64,000 nt of DNA from Candidatus Kaelpia imicola. GTDB lineage: Bacteria > Omnitrophota > Gorgyraeia > Kaelpiales > Kaelpiaceae. The notes under the pieces were generated by a model that was not told the origin of the DNA, made no database searches, and saw nothing but the letters and a program-made list of their open reading frames with translations. The stretch's first letter is position 1. Each line of letters opens with the position of its first letter. Shown piece after piece: positions 25,926 through 38,299 of the stretch. The translations under genes and the position numbers were made by a program. The stretch covers positions 3,516-67,515 of the forward strand of contig JAVCCL010000019.1 of assembly GCA_030765505.1 (NCBI GenBank). Direction: 5' to 3'.

Positions 25926-28361
25926 TTAGCTCTGCTCATCGTCTTTGACTACCTTAGCAAAAGATACGACTCGATCCTTATCGGCCGTCCGGACAATACG
26001 CACCCCCGAAGTGCTTCTCCCTATCTCCCTAATATCTTTTACAGAAGTCCTGACCACCTGTCCGCTCTGGGTCATCAAAACGATATCATCTTGATCGCTC
26101 ACAACCTCTGCCCCTATAACCTTACCTGTCTTGGTGGGCAGTTTCATATTGATCACACCTTTGCCGGCGCGGGATTGTATCCTGTAAGCTTTAACAGCTG
26201 TCCTTTTGCCGAATCCTTCCTCGGCAACCGTCAAAATACTATCCTCTTCTTTAACACAGCACATGCTGACTACTCTATCTCTTTTGGATAGAGTAATACC
26301 TCTGACCCCTTGAGCGCTGCGGCCCGTCGGCCTAAGCTGCTTCTCTGAAAAACATATAGACTTTCCGTCTTTTGTCGCTAAGAAGACGTTATCTTTGCCA
26401 TCGCTGATTCTGGCGCATATAAGAGAGTCCTTACTCTTTAACGAGATAGCATTTACTCCCCCTTTACGCGGGTTTTTAAAATCATTCAACTTCATCTTTT
26501 TGACAACACCGGCAGCCGTAGCAAGAACAAGAAACTGATTGGAATCAAAATCTCTAACAGGTATAAAAGCGGTGACCAGCTCTTCTCTGTTTAAACTTAA
26601 GATGTTGACAACGGCTTTACCTCTCGCCGTGCGGTTGGCAACAGGGATTTCATGTACTTTTAACCAATAAAGCCTACCGCTATTGGTTAAGAAAAGCATA
26701 TGGTCATGTGTAGAAGCAATGAAGAGTTGATCGACAAAATCACCCTCCTTCAGATCCATCCCTATCACACCCTTGCCTCCACGGCGCTGGCTTTTATATG
26801 TAGAGATAGACTGCCTCTTTATATAACCCAAATTGGATATTGTAACAACCATATCCTCTTCTGCGATTAAATCTTCAACCTTGACCTCCTTAACCTCTTC
26901 CACGATATTGCTTCTTCTCCCGTCGCTGTATCTATCTTGCACCTCTTTGAGTTCTTCTTTTATTACTTCCATAATCTTCCTGCCACTATTAAGCAAGTCT
27001 TTTAAATATTCTATCTTCTTTATAAGCTCTAAATACTCTGCCTCCAGTTTACTTACTTCTAATCGTGTTAACCTCTGCAATTGCATCTCTAATATAGACT
27101 GGGCCTGTATCTCTGTTAGTTTAAGATTTTCAACTAGCTTCTCTTTTGCATCTTGTGTATTTTTAGCCTTTTTAATTAAAGCTATAACCTTATCAATGTT
27201 TGCCAAAGCCAGTTTTAACCCCTCTATTATATGTGCTCGTCTCTCTGCTTTTTCAAGGTCAAATTTTGTCCTTCTGGTTACAACCTCTTTTCTATGCTGA
27301 ACAAACTCTGTAATCAATTGTTTTAAGGTTAAGACTTGCGGCCTATTATTCACAAGGGCAAGCAAGATAATACCGAAAGAGACCTCCATCTGAGTATGCT
27401 TGTAAAGCTGGTTCAGAATAACTTCGGAATGTCGATCTCTTTGAAGTTCTATCATAATACGAATACCCTCTTTGTCAGACTCATCTCTTAGGTCGGATAT
27501 ACCCTCTATCCTCTTCTCTTTGACCGTATTAGCAATCTGTTCTATAAGGTTGGATTTGTTTACCTGATAAGGTATCTCTTTAACAATGATAGCCTCCTTA
27601 CCTCCTTTAAGCTGTTCTACCGCCGCTTGAGCGCGAATCTTAATAATCCCTTTACCCTGGCTGTAAGCCTCTCTTAATCCTTCGCTGCCATAGAGTATCC
27701 CGCCTGTTGGAAAATCAGGCCCAGGAATATATTCCATCAACTCTGCTATAGTGATATCGGAATTATCTATATAGGCAATCGTTCCATTAATAACCTCTGT
27801 TAAATTGTGAGGAGGTATATTTGTTGCCATACCCACAGCGATGCCTGAAGAGCCGTTGACAAGAAGATTAGGAACTCTGCCGGGTAAGAGCGTGGGCTCT
27901 TTTAAGCTTTCATCAAAATTGGGCCTGAAATCCACTGTATTCTTTTCAATATCAGCAAGCAGCTCTCCGGATATTGCCGCAAGCCTAGCCTCGGTATACC
28001 GCATTGCCGCTGCCGAATCGCCGTCTACAGAGCCAAAGTTGCCCTGACCGTCTACAAGAGGATACCGCACAGAGAAACTCTGTGCCATACGCACCAGAGC
28101 ATCGTAGACCGCCGTATCACCGTGGGGATGATATTTACCTAAAACCTCTCCGACTATACGAGCGGATTTTTTGTAAGGCTTGTTAGACTCTAACCCCAGC
28201 TCTTTCATAGCAAATAATATTCTTCTATGAACAGGTTTGAGCCCGTCTTTTGCATCCGGCAAAGCCCTGCCTACAATTACGCTCATTGCATAGCTCAGAT
28301 AAGAGTCTTTCATCTCATCCTTAATATCTACATGTTTTATATTCTGTTCTCTGGCGTACAT
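25926..28361 (-). CDS. gyrA: DNA gyrase subunit A
   Basis: [26 protein letters not shown], GyrA-box QRRGGKG. Confidence 0.98.
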   Translation of the reverse strand: MYAREQNIKHVDIKDEMKDSYLSYAMSVIVGRALPDAKDGLKPVHRRILFAMKELGLESNKPYKKSARIVGEVLGKYHPHGDTAVYDALVRMAQSFSVRYPLVDGQGNFGSVDGDSAAAMRYTEARLAAISGELLADIEKNTVDFRPNFDESLKEPTLLPGRVPNLLVNGSSGIAVGMATNIPPHNLTEVINGTIAYIDNSDITIAELMEYIPGPDFPTGGILYGSEGLREAYSQGKGIIKIRAQAAVEQLKGGKEAIIVKEIPYQVNKSNLIEQIANTVKEKRIEGISDLRDESDKEGIRIMIELQRDRHSEVILNQLYKHTQMEVSFGIILLALVNNRPQVLTLKQLITEFVQHRKEVVTRRTKFDLEKAERRAHIIEGLKLALANIDKVIALIKKAKNTQDAKEKLVENLKLTEIQAQSILEMQLQRLTRLEVSKLEAEYLELIKKIEYLKDLLNSGRKIMEVIKEELKEVQDRYSDGRRSNIVEEVKEVKVEDLIAEEDMVVTISNLGYIKRQSISTYKSQRRGGKGVIGMDLKEGDFVDQLFIASTHDHMLFLTNSGRLYWLKVHEIPVANRTARGKAVVNILSLNREELVTAFIPVRDFDSNQFLVLATAAGVVKKMKLNDFKNPRKGGVNAISLKSKDSLICARISDGKDNVFLATKDGKSICFSEKQLRPTGRSAQGVRGITLSKRDRVVSMCCVKEEDSILTVAEEGFGKRTAVKAYRIQSRAGKGVINMKLPTKTGKVIGAEVVSDQDDIVLMTQSGQVVRTSVKDIREIGRSTSGVRIVRTADKDRVVSFAKVVKDDEQS

Positions 28362-28384
28362 CTCTCTCCTTCCCTTTTTAAAAA

Positions 28385-31221
<2,837 letters not shown>

Positions 31222-31224
31222 TTT

Positions 31225-32319
31225 TTACATTAACTGCATAGGTAAAACGAGATAGAGATATGTAGAGCCTATCCTTATTATTCCGGGTTTATCTACTCCG
31301 TTTAATTCAAATACTATCTCGCTCTGATCGATATTTTTCAAAATATCCAATAAATATTGAGGGTTGAAACCTATTATTATCTCTTCTCCTTTATAGTCCG
31401 CTTCCAGCTCTTCGCACCCCTCTCCTAGTTCGGGGGTCACTTTCGATATTACAACTTTATCTTTGTAAACCTCTATCTTTACAACAACAGATTCCGTGGT
31501 TGTCATAAGGTTAGCTCTTTTAATTGCTTGAAAAAAATCCTTTGTATTTAATGTTAGCTTGTTGTCGCTCTCTTGGGGTATAACCTCTTCATATTTAGGA
31601 AAGTCTCCTTCTATAAGACGTGTAATCAGCTCTGTTTTGGGTAAAGAGAATGCCATCTGGTTGTTTTTTTCGGATAGGCTTACAGTTAAAGGGGTTTCTG
31701 TTTTTTCACTCATTTTTAATAACTCTAACACTGCTTTTTGAGGAACTATATATTTACCCGACCATCCTGTTTTAATGTTTTCCCGACAGAGCGCAAGCCT
31801 TCTGCCGTCACTTGCTACTAAACTTAAGGAGTCTTCATTAAAATCAAATAGAATACCGTTTAAAACATACCTTGTCTCTTCTTTTGAACAAGCAAAATAA
31901 GTTTTTGATATCATTGAGGCAAGCTTTTTGGCATCTATTTTAAAACTTTTGCCTTCTATTTTTGGTATATCGGGATACTCTTGAGGTGAAAAACCTAAAA
32001 GTTTAAAATAACATTTCTCAGCTCTTAATATGACTCCAAAATTTTTTGTTTCTTCTATCAGTATATTATCGGATGGTATCTCTTTTAATATATCATAAAA
32101 TTTTTTTCCTAAAGCTGTAATCTTGCCTGATTGTATTACTTCCACGTCTATTTTTTTTCTAATACATATTTCAAGATCCGTAGCTGTGATAAAAAGTTTA
32201 TTCTCTTCCGCCTCTAATAACAGATTGGATAGAATCGGTAACGTTGATCTTGAAGGTATTGCTGCTATTACATCTTGTAAATGTTGGGTTATCTCTCCCC
32301 TCTCTACTTTTATTTTCAT
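31225..32319 (-). CDS. dnaN: DNA polymerase III beta clamp
   Basis: Start re-called at MKIKV (AGGAGG at 32325-32330); ATDLE, ETRYVLNG, SDGRRLA, FNPQYLLD, LVLPM. Confidence 0.97.
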   Translation of the reverse strand: MKIKVERGEITQHLQDVIAAIPSRSTLPILSNLLLEAEENKLFITATDLEICIRKKIDVEVIQSGKITALGKKFYDILKEIPSDNILIEETKNFGVILRAEKCYFKLLGFSPQEYPDIPKIEGKSFKIDAKKLASMISKTYFACSKEETRYVLNGILFDFNEDSLSLVASDGRRLALCRENIKTGWSGKYIVPQKAVLELLKMSEKTETPLTVSLSEKNNQMAFSLPKTELITRLIEGDFPKYEEVIPQESDNKLTLNTKDFFQAIKRANLMTTTESVVVKIEVYKDKVVISKVTPELGEGCEELEADYKGEEIIIGFNPQYLLDILKNIDQSEIVFELNGVDKPGIIRIGSTYLYLVLPMQLM

Positions 32320-32330
32320 ACCTGCCTCCT

Positions 32331-32573
32331 TTATCCACACATTCTTTAATAGTAGTTTTTTAAAAACTAGTAGTCTCTAGTAGTGGTTGTTGAAAAGTTG
32401 AAAAACCATATAATACCATAAAATCAAATCAATTATTTATACACATCTTAATGTTATTTAAAAGTGTATAATACCTTTTTAACCCTCTCTCTATATTAAC
32501 AATCCGTATATCCACATATTATCCACAAGCAGCCTACATGTTTTTATCTATTTTATCCACAAGGTTATCCACA
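32331..32573. other. oriC: oriC: DnaA-box cluster, AT-rich unwinding region and DnaA-trio-like TAG repeats
   Basis: TTATCCACA at 32331, 32519, 32553, 32565; TTATACACA 32437; near-boxes 32388, 32463, 32508; TAGTAG at 32350, 32368, 32378; gene-strand switch nearby. Confidence 0.85.
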
Positions 32574-33895
32574 ACGCTCTTTAAATTAGATTCTCTACCC
32601 TTCTCTATTTTTTGTATCGCATGCATAACCGTAGTATGATCTCTACCCCCAAAAGCTTGACCTACGCCGTTTAGGGATGAATCGGTATATTTTCTAGCAA
32701 AATATATTGCTATCTGACGCGGCAGAGCAATATATTTTTTACGCGACTTACTTTTTAAGTCCTCTACTGATAGATTAAAAAATTGTGCAACTTTATTTTG
32801 AATATAAGGTATTGATATTCTACTCTCTTCCTCTTTTACCATATCTTGCAGTATTTTTTTTGCCAAGACAATATCTATTTTCTCTTCTATTAAAGTAGAG
32901 TGCGCCACTACTCTAAGCAGCGCACCTTCCAGCTCCCGAATATTCGAAGATATTTTTTCTGCTATATAAGAGAGAACACTTTCTGGTATTAACAGTTTTG
33001 CATGTGCAGCTTTTTTCTTTAAGATTGCCATGCGGGTCTCATAATCCGGCTTTTGTACATCAACAACCAACCCCCAGTGGAACCTTGAGACCAGCCGCTC
33101 TTCTAAGTCCGGGATCTCTTTAGGTGAGCGGTCGCTAGAGATTACTATCTGTTTATGAGAATCATAGAGTGCGTTGAAAGTATGAAAAAACTCTTCCTGC
33201 ATACCTGTCTTACCCGCTAAAAATTGTATATCGTCTATTAATAAAAGATCGACACTGCGGTAACGTTCTCTAAACTTTGCAGTACTTCGGGTCTGTATTG
33301 CTCCTATCAGCTGGTTGGTAAACTCTTCAGATGATATATAATGAACTTTGAACTCAGGATAGCGGTTTATGATTCCATGTCCCATAGCATGAAGCAGGTG
33401 AGTTTTTCCCAGTCCTACTCCGCCGTATAAAAATAGCGGATTGTAATCTTTCGCAGGCGATAGTGTTATTGCAAAGGTTGCGGCGTGTGCAAGCTTGTTG
33501 CATTCTCCAACCACAAACTCTTCAAACGTGTTGTTGGGATTAAGTTTCTCCAGCACGTTTTTGGATATTAATTGTGTTCTATTTTTCGGTGTACTCTTGA
33601 GGTGCGGAGTTAATGCTAAATTATTATTTTCACTTCTTTTTTTGGATTCTTTAATAGAAAGCTTAATATTGTACTCTCTTCCGGTAGTCTCTCTTAAGAA
33701 AAAAAGAATTTTGTCCATATATCTTTCCCGGATCCAATTACTGAAAAACATATTAGGCACAACAAGCTCTATTGTGTTTTCAGAGAGTGCTTTGACTTCA
33801 AGAGGCTCTATCCAGAATTTGTATGTATGGCTGCCGAACTCTTGAATCAGCCTCTGTTCTATCTCCTCCCAAAAAGCAATATCTTGTTTCTGCAT
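32534..33895 (-). CDS. dnaA: Chromosomal replication initiator DnaA
   Basis: YNPLFLYGGVGLGKTHL, LLIDDIQF, QEEFFHTFN, NIRELEGAL, FGGRDHTTVMHA. Confidence 0.99.
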   Translation of the reverse strand: MQKQDIAFWEEIEQRLIQEFGSHTYKFWIEPLEVKALSENTIELVVPNMFFSNWIRERYMDKILFFLRETTGREYNIKLSIKESKKRSENNNLALTPHLKSTPKNRTQLISKNVLEKLNPNNTFEEFVVGECNKLAHAATFAITLSPAKDYNPLFLYGGVGLGKTHLLHAMGHGIINRYPEFKVHYISSEEFTNQLIGAIQTRSTAKFRERYRSVDLLLIDDIQFLAGKTGMQEEFFHTFNALYDSHKQIVISSDRSPKEIPDLEERLVSRFHWGLVVDVQKPDYETRMAILKKKAAHAKLLIPESVLSYIAEKISSNIRELEGALLRVVAHSTLIEEKIDIVLAKKILQDMVKEEESRISIPYIQNKVAQFFNLSVEDLKSKSRKKYIALPRQIAIYFARKYTDSSLNGVGQAFGGRDHTTVMHAIQKIEKGRESNLKSVVDNLVDKIDKNM

Positions 33896-33903
33896 AGGCA
33901 GTA

Positions 33904-33932
33904 ATTATAACAATCGATAGGCAGCGTTGCAA
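33904..33932 (-). promoter_or_regulatory. dnaA promoter (near-leaderless)
   Basis: TTGCAA-17 bp-TATAAT with extended TG; -10 only 8 nt from the ATG. Confidence 0.65.
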
Positions 33933-33940
33933 TATTTAAG

Positions 33941-33969
33941 TTGATTTAAGCGAGTACTTTTTTTATAAT
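33941..33969 (+). promoter_or_regulatory. rpmH operon promoter
   Basis: TTGATT-17 bp-TATAAT. Confidence 0.6.
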
Positions 33970-33996
33970 AATCCGAACAGCAGGAGGTGATTAGCC

Positions 33997-34134
33997 TTGA
34001 AGAAGAATTTAAAGCCGGTTTCAAATTTAAAAAGAAAACGAAAACATGGTTTTTTGAAAAGAAATTCTACGAAGGCCGGGAAAGCAGTTCTTAATAGAAG
34101 AAGAAAAAAAGGGCGTGCTCAAGTTGCGGTTTAA
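33997..34134 (+). CDS. rpmH: 50S ribosomal protein L34
   Basis: Read manually: TTG start after AGGAGG; MKKNLKPVSNLKRKRKHGFLKRNSTKAGKAVLNRRRKKGRAQVAV. Confidence 0.95.
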   Translation: MKKNLKPVSNLKRKRKHGFLKRNSTKAGKAVLNRRRKKGRAQVAV

Positions 34135-34472
34135 TGGATAAGCGTTTCAGCTCCCTTAAAAAGGAAAAAGACATTCAGGCAGTCTTTTTAGAGCGCAAGC
34201 GGTTCAGCAGTAAGAATTTTGTCTTTTATTACAAGTTGAGATTGGATAACAGCATCAAAGCTGCCTTTTTTGTACCTAAGAAAGTATTTAAACGGGCTTG
34301 GGATCGCAATAGAACCCGGAGAGTATTGAGGGAAGTTTTTAGAAATTATACTTGGGACAGCAAAGGATTGGATATTATATGCATTATCAGAACATTGGAA
34401 CGAGAGATGCTGAGTCTCAAAAAGATAGAGCCTCTCTGCTCGCTCTTGTTAAAGAAAATAGGTCGATCCTAA
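34134..34472 (+). CDS. rnpA: Ribonuclease P protein component
   Basis: [32 protein letters not shown] (RNR motif); synteny. Confidence 0.92.
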   Translation: MDKRFSSLKKEKDIQAVFLERKRFSSKNFVFYYKLRLDNSIKAAFFVPKKVFKRAWDRNRTRRVLREVFRNYTWDSKGLDIICIIRTLEREMLSLKKIEPLCSLLLKKIGRS

Positions 34473-34669
34473 TTATAGCTATTATTAGGTTCTATCAAAT
34501 TTTGCTGGCACCACTCTGGCCTTCAAGGTGCCGTTTTTACCCGACATGTTCTAATTATTCTATTCAAGCACTGCAGGAGAAGGGTTTTATAAAAGGGATT
34601 TGGTTAACTGTAACAAGAATATTAAGGTGTAACCCTGCTTTTCCTGGGGGGTATGACCCTGTGAGGTGA
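34352..34669 (+). CDS. yidD: Membrane protein insertion efficiency factor YidD (true start probably further downstream)
   Basis: [29 protein letters not shown]. Confidence 0.9.
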   Translation: MGQQRIGYYMHYQNIGTRDAESQKDRASLLALVKENRSILIIAIIRFYQILLAPLWPSRCRFYPTCSNYSIQALQEKGFIKGIWLTVTRILRCNPAFPGGYDPVR

Positions 34670-34675
34670 TGAGAG

Positions 34676-36163
34676 ATGGAAAATAACAAGAGGATACTTC
34701 TTGCAACAGCATTGGCTTTCTTGGTTATGCTCGCTTACCCTTATTATGCGAAAAGATATATACCGCAGAGGCCGCATAGTGTAGCCCCCTTAGAACCAGA
34801 AACGCTTGTAGCAGAGGAAGATTTAGAGTCTGCCGGAGCATATGATACGGTATATGATACGGTTATAAGCGATGATACGGTAGATGATACGGTTATTGAA
34901 AATCAAGAGCTGAAAATTGAACTAAATACTCGGTCTGGAGTGGTCAAATCAGTAAAAATAAAAGACGGTTTAGAGCCGATTAGCTTTTACCCCTTGCAAG
35001 ATAAAAGGTTAGGACTGTTGATGCCAACCGTATCAACCGTATCATTTGAAGAAAGTAAAGACTGCGATACGGCTGAGATGGTTCTATCTTCAAATGGCGT
35101 TAGAAGAGAATATAGTATAGATAAACATCTTCTTCTCTTCAATACGGAGGGAGAATCTCAGCTCCTCTTCTATATGCCTGGTAAATATGAGGTCTCTATG
35201 CGGGAGTCCCGCTATCTGCGGGTTATGGTAAAAGATGGCCGGCAGAATACAGAGAGCATTAAGATTGGAAGCCTCTTAAAGAAAAAAAGGTTTTTTAATG
35301 CCGTAGATTGGTTTGCCCTCTCTTTTAGACATTACTCTATTCTCTTTGATCCCAGCCAAGATCTGGATCTAGAGATAAAACCTTCAAGCGATCAAGAAGG
35401 ATTCTTTTTCGCTATAAAAGGCAAAACAGAGAACATAGAAGTTTTAACATACATAGGACCCAATTCTGAGTCTATATTGGCATTTTACGACGATAATTGG
35501 TTGGATTTGTTAAATTACGGTAAGCTAAACAACATAGTAAAAAGCTTACTAGGCATATTTTATAAAGTCTCCCATAATTATGGTCTGGCCATTATTATGC
35601 TGGCGTTACTGTTAAACTTTATCTTTGCTCCTTTAACATTGAAATCTCAAAAATCTATGAAAAAGATGCAGAGCTTACAGCCCCATATGCAGGAGTTGAA
35701 AGAAAAACATAAAGATAATCCTCAGGCTGTCAATAAAGAGATGATGGAGCTTTATAAGAAGCATAAAGTCAATCCCATGGGTGGTTGTCTCCCTATGTTC
35801 CTGCAGATACCGGTCTTTATAGCGCTCTATAACACTTTGATGCGCAGCTATGAACTAAAACATGCATCGTTTCTGTGGATTAAAGACCTCTCTGTTCCTG
35901 ACAGGCTTTTTATGCTTTCTAAGAGCTTGCCCTTGATAGGCAGCGAGGTCAATCTATTACCTATTTTAATGGCGGGACTGATGTTTGTTCAGCAGAAGTT
36001 TTCTCCCACGGCTAAGGTCTCCAGCAGCAGCACTATGCCCAACCTCTGGTTTTTACCTATTATTTTTGGGGTTATTTTTTATAAATTCCCGGCAGGATTG
36101 GTCTTGTACTGGTTTACGAACTCACTCTCTATGCTCGTTTTGCAAAATATGCATAGAAAGTGA
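34676..36163 (+). CDS. yidC: Membrane protein insertase YidC
   Basis: NYGLAII, SMKKMQSLQP, NPMGGCLPMFLQIPVFIALY, FLWIKDLS, PAGLVLYW. Confidence 0.97.
   Translation: MENNKRILLATALAFLVMLAYPYYAKRYIPQRPHSVAPLEPETLVAEEDLESAGAYDTVYDTVISDDTVDDTVIENQELKIELNTRSGVVKSVKIKDGLEPISFYPLQDKRLGLLMPTVSTVSFEESKDCDTAEMVLSSNGVRREYSIDKHLLLFNTEGESQLLFYMPGKYEVSMRESRYLRVMVKDGRQNTESIKIGSLLKKKRFFNAVDWFALSFRHYSILFDPSQDLDLEIKPSSDQEGFFFAIKGKTENIEVLTYIGPNSESILAFYDDNWLDLLNYGKLNNIVKSLLGIFYKVSHNYGLAIIMLALLLNFIFAPLTLKSQKSMKKMQSLQPHMQELKEKHKDNPQAVNKEMMELYKKHKVNPMGGCLPMFLQIPVFIALYNTLMRSYELKHASFLWIKDLSVPDRLFMLSKSLPLIGSEVNLLPILMAGLMFVQQKFSPTAKVSSSSTMPNLWFLPIIFGVIFYKFPAGLVLYWFTNSLSMLVLQNMHRK
34842..35072. repeat. Second array of ATGATACGGT(TA) motif inside yidC
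   Basis: Plus copies at 34842, 34854, 34872, 34884; minus copies at 35025, 35034; GATACGG core at 35066. Confidence 0.85.
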
Positions 36164-36177
36164 TTTTCACGTGAAAA
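36164..36177. promoter_or_regulatory. parS: parS-like palindrome
   Basis: Perfect 14-bp palindrome TTTTCACGTGAAAA sharing the 12-bp core of the TGTTTCACGTGAAACA-type parS, directly before the parA ATG. Confidence 0.65.
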
Positions 36178-37020
36178 ATGATAATTGCAATATCAAATCA
36201 GAAAGGCGGCGTTGGTAAGACTACTACCGCAATTAACTTAAGTACAGCTCTGGCTTCCAAAAGTGCCGGCAGAGTTTTGCTGGTCGACTTTGATCCTCAA
36301 GCTAACGCAACAAGCGGTATCGGTATAACCAAAGCAGAATTGAGTAAGTCTATATATGACTTCATACATTTAGATGTCACTGAAGAGGTTATTTTAAAAA
36401 CGGCAATACCAAACCTTTTTCTCCTGCCTTCGACAATCGGACTTTGCGGGGCCGAGATAGAGCTTATTGAGAGCGAAGAGCGGGAGTTTAAGTTGAAAAA
36501 CAGAATAACTACTATTTCAAGCCAATATGATCATATTATTATTGATACTCCACCATCGCTAGGTATCCTGACAATCAACGCTCTTGTAGCGAGTGAACGT
36601 GTAATTATCCCCATACAGTGTGAGTATTATGCCCTAGAGGGGTTAGTCGATTTTTTAGGAACACTAAATCTTATAAAAGATAGGCTGAATCCTTCACTTG
36701 ACATTTTAGGAATTTTGCTTACAATGGCAGATTATAGAACGAATATTGCTCGAGATGTGGAAGAAGAGATACGCAATAATTTTAAAGATCAGGTTTTCCA
36801 CACAGTTATCCACAGAAACGTGCGCTTGGCCGAAGCTCCAAGCTATGGTCTGCCAATAGAGCTGTACGACTCAAAATCAGTAGGAGCTTTATTGTACAGA
36901 GAGCTTGTAGATGAGGTTTTATTGAGAATGGGAGGAGTTTATGGAAAAGAAGAGAGGTCTGGGCAGGGGAATATCAGCTCTTATACCGGAGAAGAGAGCC
37001 AAGGATTCCAGCCGCTATAA
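36178..37020 (+). CDS. parA: Chromosome partitioning ATPase ParA/Soj
   Basis: NQKGGVGKTTT, DFDPQANAT, IDTPPSLG, QCEYYALEG, RLAEAPSYG. Confidence 0.96.
   Translation: MIIAISNQKGGVGKTTTAINLSTALASKSAGRVLLVDFDPQANATSGIGITKAELSKSIYDFIHLDVTEEVILKTAIPNLFLLPSTIGLCGAEIELIESEEREFKLKNRITTISSQYDHIIIDTPPSLGILTINALVASERVIIPIQCEYYALEGLVDFLGTLNLIKDRLNPSLDILGILLTMADYRTNIARDVEEEIRNNFKDQVFHTVIHRNVRLAEAPSYGLPIELYDSKSVGALLYRELVDEVLLRMGGVYGKEERSGQGNISSYTGEESQGFQPL
36794..36814 (+). promoter_or_regulatory. Tandem DnaA-box pair inside parA
   Basis: TTTTCCACA (36794) and TTATCCACA (36806), both fit TTWTNCACA. Confidence 0.5.
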
Positions 37021-37774
37021 AGATATTGAGATTGATAGAGTCAAACTCAATCCGTATCAGCCTAGAAAAGAGTTTTCTAAGACCGAATTACTCCATCTTC
37101 AGCAATCAATCGCAAAAGATGGTCTCCTGCAGCCTATAGTAGTTGTAGAGGAAGGAGAATCTTTCAAATTAATAGCCGGAGAGAGAAGATTTAGATCGGT
37201 ACAGAACTTAGGCTGGGAACGCATCGCGGCTTTAGTTCTTCATAACGTAGAAGAGGTTGAACTTCTAAGAAAATCTCTTGTTGAGAACGTACAGAGAGAA
37301 AATCTGAATCCCATAGAAGAAGCTCAAGCCTATAAGAGGCTGATGGATGACTACGGCTATTCTTTAGAAGAGGTTGCAAGAGAGGTTGCAAAAGATATTT
37401 CAACCATATCAAATGCTGTACGGTTACTTGCGCTTCCTGAGAATATACAGAGAGACTTAAGTCAAGGATTGATCTCGCCTGGCCACGCCAGGGCTTTATT
37501 AATGCTGGGTAAGGGCCCGCAGGTGCAGAGCCTTGCCGATAAGATAAAGTCTGAAAAGATGAGCGTTAGAGAGGCTGAAAAAAGAGCTAAAAAGAGAGAA
37601 GGCAGACTCTCTTTAGATCCTCATCTTAAAGCAGCATTAGAGGAGCTGCAGAGAAAAATAGGTTCCAAGCTTAATGTAGAGATGAAGAAAAGAGGCGGGA
37701 AGATAGAAGTTCTTTTTATGGACAATGATGATCTTCAGAGAATAGTGGCAATACTTTTAGACAGGGAGGCATAA
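36941..37774 (+). CDS. parB: Chromosome partitioning protein ParB/Spo0J
   Basis: GLGRGISALI, NPYQPRK, IAGERR, ENVQRENLNPIEEA, GHARALL. Confidence 0.96.
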   Translation: MEKKRGLGRGISALIPEKRAKDSSRYKDIEIDRVKLNPYQPRKEFSKTELLHLQQSIAKDGLLQPIVVVEEGESFKLIAGERRFRSVQNLGWERIAALVLHNVEEVELLRKSLVENVQRENLNPIEEAQAYKRLMDDYGYSLEEVAREVAKDISTISNAVRLLALPENIQRDLSQGLISPGHARALLMLGKGPQVQSLADKIKSEKMSVREAEKRAKKREGRLSLDPHLKAALEELQRKIGSKLNVEMKKRGGKIEVLFMDNDDLQRIVAILLDREA

Positions 37775-37777
37775 TAT

Positions 37778-38299
37778 ATGTTAAACCAGGTATTGGTGCT
37801 GATTAAACCGGACGGTCTTAAGAAGTCTTTAACAGGTAATATTCTCACCAGATTATCAGAGACAAAACTTGAGATTATAGCGGCTAGGATAGTTAGAGTA
37901 TCTAAAGAGCTGGCTGAAGAGCATTACCAACATCTTAAAACTGAGCCCTTCTTTAAAGAGTTGATTCAATATCTTCAGGGTGAGCTGCATCAGAGAAAGA
38001 AAGTGATGGCTATGATATACTGGGGGGAAGATGCGATAGCAAAAGTACGTGATATTGCCGGAGCAACTAATCCTGAAGAGGCCAGCCCGACGTCTATCAG
38101 AGGTCAATATGGCCGCATTACTACAAAAGGTCTTTATGAGAACGTTGTCCACGCTTCCGCTAATGCTGAGGAGGCGGAGAGAGAGATAAAGCTATGGTTT
38201 AAGCCGGATGAGATAATCTTTGATCTCTATGCCGTTAAGAACGGAGTATTAAAAGAGGAGAGAGTGAGGGTATGGGCACGAAGAACAGAAACAGAATAA
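37778..38299 (+). CDS. ndk: Nucleoside diphosphate kinase
   Basis: LIKPDG, EEHY, GATNP..SIRG, NVVHAS, AEREIKLWF. Confidence 0.95.
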   Translation: MLNQVLVLIKPDGLKKSLTGNILTRLSETKLEIIAARIVRVSKELAEEHYQHLKTEPFFKELIQYLQGELHQRKKVMAMIYWGEDAIAKVRDIAGATNPEEASPTSIRGQYGRITTKGLYENVVHASANAEEAEREIKLWFKPDEIIFDLYAVKNGVLKEERVRVWARRTETE

